DNA of 63,576 nucleotides, the filler included. It is 3 parts of 3 records of this genome, joined end to end, with 100 filler letters (N's around TTAATTAATTAA, not from the genome) between each part and the next. Parts side by side here need not be neighbours in the genome. Positions count along the whole stretch, not along the records: positions 27,608 to 57,863 come from SRR2962707_1432; positions 57,964 to 63,576 come from SRR2962707_1454; 1 more part is not named here. One strand, written 5' to 3'. Shown piece by piece: positions 57,540 to 63,576 of this stretch. The notes beneath the pieces were generated by a model. That model was given only the letters and a program-made list of their open reading frames with translations. It ran no database searches and was not told the origin of the DNA. Position 1 is the first letter of the stretch, and each line of letters begins with the position of its first letter. The translations under genes were made by a program, and so were the position numbers.

Positions 57540-57863
57540 ATGCTAGCTTGTATCAGGCTTCTGACCATACTTTTGATCGCTGCTTTTGCCGTCGGGACAA
57601 GTCTCCAGACGGTCAACGCTGCTGTTATGGATGTCGGGATGCCGATGGCGGACATGGCAATGGACAATTGCCAGAATTGTTCTGGCAGCGGCGACATCAT
57701 GCCTGACTGCGATATTGCGTGCCCTCAGGTATCAACTATCGCAATTTCGCCTGTACAAGTTGCAATACCTGCACTCGCCTCAGTCGAGCATTTCGGGCCG
57801 ACAGGCAGCCTCACTGGTCGCTCAAACTCTCCCGATCCATTCCCTCCCAGAACCAACATTCTG
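57540..57863 (+). CDS. Small Met/Cys-rich exported protein (CopL/DUF2946-like), stop lost at the contig end
   Basis: Signal-like N-terminus, MDVGMPMADMAM, CQNC, CDIAC and Pro-rich PDPFPPR tail. Confidence 0.6.
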
Positions 57864-57963
57864 NNNNNNNNNNNNNNNNNNNNNNNNNNNNNNNNNNNNN
57901 NNNNNNNTTAATTAATTAANNNNNNNNNNNNNNNNNNNNNNNNNNNNNNNNNNNNNNNNNNNN
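57864..57963. other. Artificial contig linker (N44-TTAATTAATTAA-N44)
   Basis: Same spacer as 27508-27607. Confidence 0.98.
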
Positions 57964-57985
57964 TGTGTGTGTGTGTGTGTGTGTG
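57964..57985. repeat. (TG)11 microsatellite at the contig start
   Basis: Read directly from the sequence. Confidence 0.95.
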
Positions 57986-58015
57986 GAGAGAGATTCAAAA
58001 ACAGCACTTTTTGCC

Positions 58016-59632
58016 ATGGCTTCCACTGGAGCAGCCGCTGAGCCCGTTCCGGACACCGCAGCTGTCGTGACCCGGCACAACGGCGACGACGGCGACGATG
58101 CTGCAGACGGCGATATCAGTCACCAAGAGGCTGACGGAGTGGATGTCGAGGACTTGAGCGACGACCCTGACCTGGGCGGAAGCGGGGGGGTGGCGCCCGG
58201 CTCCACAGCTTTCGCGAGGTGGGGCAAGGCCGGCTTCCTGACGGACAAGGAGAAGGCTGCGTACAACACGTTCCGCGAGCAGGTGCCGGAGGAAGACCTG
58301 CTGGCGCTGAAGAACCCGCACGACACGCCCGAGCAGTTTGCGCTGCGGTGGCTCCGCGCCCGCGAGTTCAAGCCCGACCTGGCGGTGAAGATGTTCAACG
58401 ACCACAAACAGTGAGTGTCAAGATTGGGATAGGGGTGGATTGGAGTGTGCCATGGTGTGGCGCTTGAAATTGCGACTGCCGCTGCGAAATAATGCCCGCA
58501 CGGAACCACTGATCGGTGATGTTGGAGGACTGTGTGTGGGGCTTACGTGCGCCTGTCCATGGGTTCCACTTGTACTCGATGCGTAGGTGGGTGTCGACGT
58601 CGTCTTTTTATTCGCTTCAGTTTGCACCTCTTCATGAGGTGGTTGGCACGAAAGAGGCGGACGACAATTTCATTATTTCGCACTACCCGTGCGGCATCAA
58701 AGGGCACGATCGCCTCGGGCGTCCCTTGTACATCAAATGGTGCGACCTCTCACTCTTGCCGCGATTTTTTTTGTAGCAGTGACCACATTTTGACGCTGAT
58801 GCCAGTATTTAGCTAGTGTATCGCACCTGCCGTGTTGGCCCATGCGTATTGCAGGTACGGGAAAATGAAGCCTAAAAAAATTGCCGACAAGGTGGATGCC
58901 TTTCACGCGGCGCAATGGGAATCCGTGATCGGATGCCTGCGCCTTCCGTACGTGTTCGCGGAGAGTTCCCGCCAGCATGGCCATCACGTGGAGGAAATGG
59001 TGGCTATCATCGACTGCAAAGGTTTCAAGATGAAGACTTTCAACAAATATGTGCGCGAGGTCCTCAAACATGCAGCGGACATCAGTAACCCAAATTATCC
59101 AGAGGCCCTAGGAATGTGCATTGTTGTCAACGCGCCGTGGTTTGTCAAGACCATTTGGGCCGTCGCGAAGGGGTTTCTTGCGAAACGGACGCGGAAGAAG
59201 TTCCGCATCCTGGGGAAGAAATTTCGCAAGGTGCTTCACAGTGTTGTCGATCCCGCACAGCTGCCTCTCGAGTACGTGCTCGACTACCATCGTCGTGATT
59301 GGTCGCAACTCCTCGTGTGGTGCTGTCATGAGAACCGATGTTTCGTATGATTATCGAGTGCGGCTTTCACATTGCTCTATCTCTTGTTCTGACCGGTGTG
59401 CTGACGCCGCAGGTACGGTGGGACTGGCGAGAAGGGTTTCAGAACGTTGGAGGAACTCTTCGACTACAAGAAGGCATTTGGCGTGTTCAACACCCCCGAG
59501 TACCACGCTCACGTTCTCGCAGATCCACGGAACAAACCTTACTTAGAAGTTGCCAAGCAGCACGCTGCTGCTGCAGGCGTTGACGTCAGCGGTGGCGGTG
59601 GGGCAGCGGCACCAGCGGCACCAGCTCCTTAA
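58016..59632 (+). CDS. Eukaryotic SEC14/CRAL-TRIO lipid-binding protein, 4 exons (58016-58410, 58587-58739, 58855-59271, 59413-59632; 394 aa)
   Basis: Three GT..AG introns keep frame (1185 nt spliced) and restore LRWLRAREF, GHDRLGRPLYIKWYG, IIDCKG, NYPE..VVNAPW and QLPLEYGGTG; Kozak-like GCCATGG. Confidence 0.9.
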
Positions 59633-59845
59633 TGCAGCCCCGTGAAATGCACCGCAGCTGCTCTACTGCCATGAAGTTTGAGGTGAAAATCATCTTTGCG
59701 CTGCCGGGCCGGGCCGTCGGTGGCTTAACCCCACCAGCGTTCCTGCCACGTCGCCCTGCCGGACAACTGGTTGAAATGAAGTCGAGAACTTTCCAAAAGA
59801 ATAAATAAATAAATTACAACAAAGGATCGGACAAGAACGCAATTA

Positions 59846-62800
59846 TCAAATGTGTGCTGCCGCACCGGCACCACCATTCACACTCTTGCCATTGGAGTTC
59901 TTTTTAGGCCGCGGCAAGCCAGGTGCCGGCATTGGCGAGGTTGAGCTACCATGAACAGGAACAACTGTATGGTGGCCACTCTCGTCGTCGCTGCTGTTCG
60001 GAAGAGGCCCTTCGTCGTCGCTGTCCGAGTCTTCGTCAGTGCTTTGCACCCCTTGCTCCTCAGAAGCCTCGCTAGCGCTCTCAGGATCTTCAATGGGTGC
60101 AACGACTCGCCTTCCAGCAGCAGACGCTGAACAGGCCTCCCCAACACCACCAATGAATGCTGGGTGCCCGCCGGCATCACCGCACGCGCCTGCTGGAGCG
60201 GCTGCAATGGCAGATCTAGCAACATTGGGGGAAGCAAGCGAAACAGCAATACTTCCTCCAGCAAAGGTGACACGCCCCTGGTTCCGAGGTCGATACTGCG
60301 GCAAATGTTGGGGCAACGGAAACTCAGCGTACGACGCAGATCCAGGAATCACGGGTGCACTGCTCAAACTGTTGTGCCCGGCACACACTTTTTGAGCGAC
60401 CGGCAGAGGTTCCAGCCCGTGAGCCTGCGACCAACGCTTGTGCTGCTCTTCCATGTCGTCGCGCTGCACACTTGGGGCAAAAACGGCATTGTCTTTACGC
60501 CCACCGTCGAACTCGCCGAGCGGACCATGGGGCTTCTCTCCGTCGGGTGCAGCATCCGCAAAGACTTTGCCAGTTTCGGAGTCCTCTGAATCAGAGACAC
60601 CATCTTCATCGTCGCCATCTGAATCGTCGTCACTGTCAGCAGCCCGTCGCGCTATCTTCATGAAATGCTGGCGTGCTGCGTCGTCAAGCGGGTGGTCATC
60701 GCCATCGTCTCCAGCCTGCTCCTCGTCAGCCCCATCAGCATCGCCCTGCGCATCGTCGAGCTGGAGCGGAACAGCGGCGTCTCGATGATATTGAGCCACC
60801 TGCAGATGGTCTGGTTGCTGTGGTTGTTGTTGCTGCTGCAATTGGGAACCCGGAGGGGGCTCCAAGAGCAGGTCAAGGTGCACATCGAGTCGCAGTGAGA
60901 GACGCTGAGGAGTAGGTTGTGGAGACGGTTCCATTTGATCGCCGTCCACCGGATAACGCCCACGTCGAAGAGCGTCGACTAGCTCCTGCTGCTGATCGTG
61001 CGAAATCCGGAGTTGCAGTTGTGGTGGCGGCGGCGGCTGGTGCGGGTGCCCTGCGGGTGACGCCACATCCAAACGTAATTCGTCACCGACGTGGCGAGGA
61101 ATTTGCTCATGAGCGCGGGCAAAGTGCTGTGGGCCTGGACCTTGCTGTCGACGCATTGCATGCTCACGTTCCCATCGCTCTCGCAATTGATGCCGATGAG
61201 CAACCTCCTCGGCCATATTGTCAGCAGCCTGTTTTGCCAACGCCGCCTCCTTTTTCTGTGTGTGCTTCTTTCGCACAACAACGACAGCAACAACGACAGC
61301 AATAACCACCACGATCACCAAGCCAACAGCAAGGAGAACATATCCCCACACGCACCACACGCTTCCCCAATAACAATCTGCCAAATTGCCCATGATAGCG
61401 CTGGACAGCCCAGGTGCATTACTATCAGTTGTGAGAGGCGGTGAAGAGCTTGACGGAATCAATGTTGCCGAGATAGGGGATGTCGTGTGCCGCGAAGATT
61501 GTGGGGCAGAGCTAGGCTGGCTCGTAGTCGTTGTTGTGGTAGTTGCCGTGTCGTCAGACTTGACAAAGGTTGCCAACGATTGGGAATCGAAAGCTGACCC
61601 GTTTAGGAACGTGGTTTGAGACTGCAAGTGTCGTCTTTCGGCAGCTAAAGAGATCGGGGTGTCCTCGGGAATGCCGATGGCAAACTCGCCGCCCCCAATA
61701 TCCCAGCGATTGTAAGCAAATACAATTGTTCCATCATCTGTGATTACTTGGAACGTGCCGAAACAACGAGGCTCTTGTTGCCGAGATGCTCCAGCGACAC
61801 CACTGCCTGTGCAATTGGGCAAGCTCCAGAACTTAACTACGCCAGTCATAACGCGACCATCGTAGGCGGCAAGCGACTCAACGTTCGACACAACACGAAG
61901 TCGTGTTACGGGGACCTGAGCGACCGTCCATGCAATTGGAATTCCAAGCAGTGACGGAAGCTGCGTGTATGCTCGCATGGACACGAACACAAACTGCGAG
62001 TCCAGCTGAAAATGGTATGCAACTGTATCAAAAGAACCATCAATGCCGCTACCGGACGGACTTCTGTTGGGAACATCATCAGCTGTCTTCCAGGTTGCTG
62101 TGTCAGGCATCTGAAGTGACACAAGGCCAGTCCATCCTCCGCCACCACAACAGATTGCACCGTCTCCGCCACAGGATTGTGTAACTCGACGCGCACCGCT
62201 GCATGCTTCTACCTCGTCCGTGGCGGTACTTATTGTCGTCGTGGTAAGCTCCAGCGTCGAAGAAGTTCTGCCTGACCCTGTGGGTTCAGATGTTGAACGC
62301 GGGACAGTTGTGGGTGCGGTGCCAGTGAACTCAGGCGTCTGCTGTGAACTCGGCCACGTTGTGGACGTGGACAGACGTGGCTCCGTGGCCGAATCGGTGG
62401 TTGTGGACGTTGGCTGCGTCTGAAAGGTGGTGCTGCTGCTGTCCGTGGCCGGTATCGAGAAAGTGGATGTTCGATTAGACACGGTCGCAGTGTTTGCAAC
62501 GGAAGTGTAGCTCGTATTCTGGGCTGTGGTTGATGATGCAACAGGCATCAGTGTGGACGCACCGTCGTCAACAGCCATGCAAAGACACCCCCTGCAATCA
62601 AGGTTGTAGCTGGCCTCAAGAAGAGTACATGAAAAGCCATAACTGGTCACGTAAAAGTCACACGACTTGTAGCCTGCTGCACCATTCTCGGCACAGACAG
62701 GACCGGAGGAAGTTGGGGGTGGAGTTGGCTTTGTGGAGGTTGGTGCAAGCCGCAAGCACACGCAGCCGGTGCAATCAAAGCCATATTCTGCTTCCAGCGT

Positions 62801-63576
62801 TTCACACGCGTATCCAGCAGTCACATCGAAATAGTCGCACGTGTCGAGCCCAGGCCACGCAGGGCCCACGCACCCACTCGAATTCAACGGAGCACCAGTA
62901 CCTGCATCTGTGGTCGCCAGGAAAGTCGTGGGGAATGGCAGGGTTGAAGATCGTCCGGGTGGGTAGGAAACATGAGTGGTAGGTTCGGTCGTTGTCGTGC
63001 TGAGCGACGTTCGAGAAGGTGATTCTGTTGATGTTGTATCAGTTGGGGTTTCCTCGGCAATGGTATTTCCTGGTGATGATGGAGCTGAGGATACTGCCAA
63101 CGTGGTGGAGGTGAAGCTAGGGGGCTTTGTTGTCTCATCGGAGACGGAGTCTGAGGAGGTTGTTGTGTCATCAGAGTCTGAGGAGGTTGTCGTCGCTTCA
63201 GGACAAGCACACCCACTACAATCAAAGCTATACGACTGCTCGAGGTCTCGGCAAGAAAAAGCATAAAACTCGACGTAAAAATCGCAACTTTGGTATCCTG
63301 GCCAAGCAGGGCCACAGAAGTCCGTTGTGGACCGCGGCACAGACATCGTGGTGGGGGCAGCAGTTTCGGAAGTCGCTGACAGCGGCGCAACTTTCGTAGT
63401 CATTGTGGTGGCAACCGAGGTAGTAGTTGTTGTGGTGGTGGTTGTGGTTGAGGATGTGGTTGTGGTTGAGGATGTGGTCGTGGTTGTGGTTGAGGATGTG
63501 GTGGTGGTCGTGGTCGTCGAAGTTGAGGTGGTGGAGGTGGAGGTGGAGGTGGTGGTGGTGGTGGAGGAGGAGGAGG
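59846..63576 (-). CDS. Eukaryotic mucin-like single-pass membrane protein with Cys-rich repeats, 5'-truncated
   Basis: The frame stays open from 63403 to the window end (poly-Thr/Ser); three Cys-rich repeats; TM VLLAVGLVIVVVIAVVVAVVVV then RKK; acidic, Gln- and Pro-rich tail. Confidence 0.8.
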   Translation of the reverse strand, partial: SSSSTTTTTSTSTSTTSTSTTTTTTTSSTTTTTTSSTTTTSSTTTTTTTTTTSVATTMTTKVAPLSATSETAAPTTMSVPRSTTDFCGPAWPGYQSCDFYVEFYAFSCRDLEQSYSFDCSGCACPEATTTSSDSDDTTTSSDSVSDETTKPPSFTSTTLAVSSAPSSPGNTIAEETPTDTTSTESPSRTSLSTTTTEPTTHVSYPPGRSSTLPFPTTFLATTDAGTGAPLNSSGCVGPAWPGLDTCDYFDVTAGYACETLEAEYGFDCTGCVCLRLAPTSTKPTPPPTSSGPVCAENGAAGYKSCDFYVTSYGFSCTLLEASYNLDCRGCLCMAVDDGASTLMPVASSTTAQNTSYTSVANTATVSNRTSTFSIPATDSSSTTFQTQPTSTTTDSATEPRLSTSTTWPSSQQTPEFTGTAPTTVPRSTSEPTGSGRTSSTLELTTTTISTATDEVEACSGARRVTQSCGGDGAICCGGGGWTGLVSLQMPDTATWKTADDVPNRSPSGSGIDGSFDTVAYHFQLDSQFVFVSMRAYTQLPSLLGIPIAWTVAQVPVTRLRVVSNVESLAAYDGRVMTGVVKFWSLPNCTGSGVAGASRQQEPRCFGTFQVITDDGTIVFAYNRWDIGGGEFAIGIPEDTPISLAAERRHLQSQTTFLNGSAFDSQSLATFVKSDDTATTTTTTTSQPSSAPQSSRHTTSPISATLIPSSSSPPLTTDSNAPGLSSAIMGNLADCYWGSVWCVWGYVLLAVGLVIVVVIAVVVAVVVVRKKHTQKKEAALAKQAADNMAEEVAHRHQLRERWEREHAMRRQQGPGPQHFARAHEQIPRHVGDELRLDVASPAGHPHQPPPPPQLQLRISHDQQQELVDALRRGRYPVDGDQMEPSPQPTPQRLSLRLDVHLDLLLEPPPGSQLQQQQQPQQPDHLQVAQYHRDAAVPLQLDDAQGDADGADEEQAGDDGDDHPLDDAARQHFMKIARRAADSDDDSDGDDEDGVSDSEDSETGKVFADAAPDGEKPHGPLGEFDGGRKDNAVFAPSVQRDDMEEQHKRWSQAHGLEPLPVAQKVCAGHNSLSSAPVIPGSASYAEFPLPQHLPQYRPRNQGRVTFAGGSIAVSLASPNVARSAIAAAPAGACGDAGGHPAFIGGVGEACSASAAGRRVVAPIEDPESASEASEEQGVQSTDEDSDSDDEGPLPNSSDDESGHHTVVPVHGSSTSPMPAPGLPRPKKNSNGKSVNGGAGAAAHI
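63404..63576. repeat. Low-complexity GGT/GGA/GTT triplet tract encoding poly-Thr/Ser
   Basis: Read directly; includes repeated GTGGTTGAGGATGTG units. Confidence 0.9.

Noticed and set aside
57965-58015. MCVCVCV N-terminus of the SEC14 ORF
   Set aside because: It is translation of the TG microsatellite; the real start is likely ATG 58016.
57864-63576. Eukaryote-to-bacterium gene transfer
   Set aside because: The adjacency is created by concatenation only.

Overview
The window is three unrelated contigs joined by 100-nt artificial linkers (N44-TTAATTAATTAA-N44 at 27508-27607 and 57864-57963), so nothing should be inferred across the joins. Contig 1 (1-27507) is GC-rich, alphaproteobacterial-looking catabolic DNA. 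It holds a hydroxyproline-type cluster, a LacI-controlled sugar-ABC/two ADP-ribosylglycohydrolase/CoA-transferase/CitE/esterase/FGE-like operon, a split ABC transporter with Pho-box-like sites, a sigma54-type Liv-like ABC operon with a hydrolase, and ends in a tRNA 3' end. Contig 2 (27608-57863) is lower in GC and carries a Tn7-like module (tnsA-tnsB-tnsC-tniQ, the TniQ with tandem helix-turn-helix repeats) followed by a defence island. The island has an SspABCD-type DNA phosphorothioation cluster with no recognisable sspE or pglZ/brxL. It continues instead into a GIY-YIG nuclease, a DGQHR-motif protein, a large GHKL/MORC-like ATPase and a probably frameshifted Mrr-like nuclease, then a RelE-type TA pair and apparent orphan antitoxin fragments. 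After that come an IS5-family element and an MntR/multicopper oxidase/ZIP metal module. Contig 3 (57964-63576) is eukaryotic: a four-exon SEC14/CRAL-TRIO gene and a 5'-truncated mucin-like membrane protein. The best candidate for an undescribed system is the Ssp + GIY-YIG + DGQHR + GHKL locus. All family calls come from motif recognition by eye; no searches were run.
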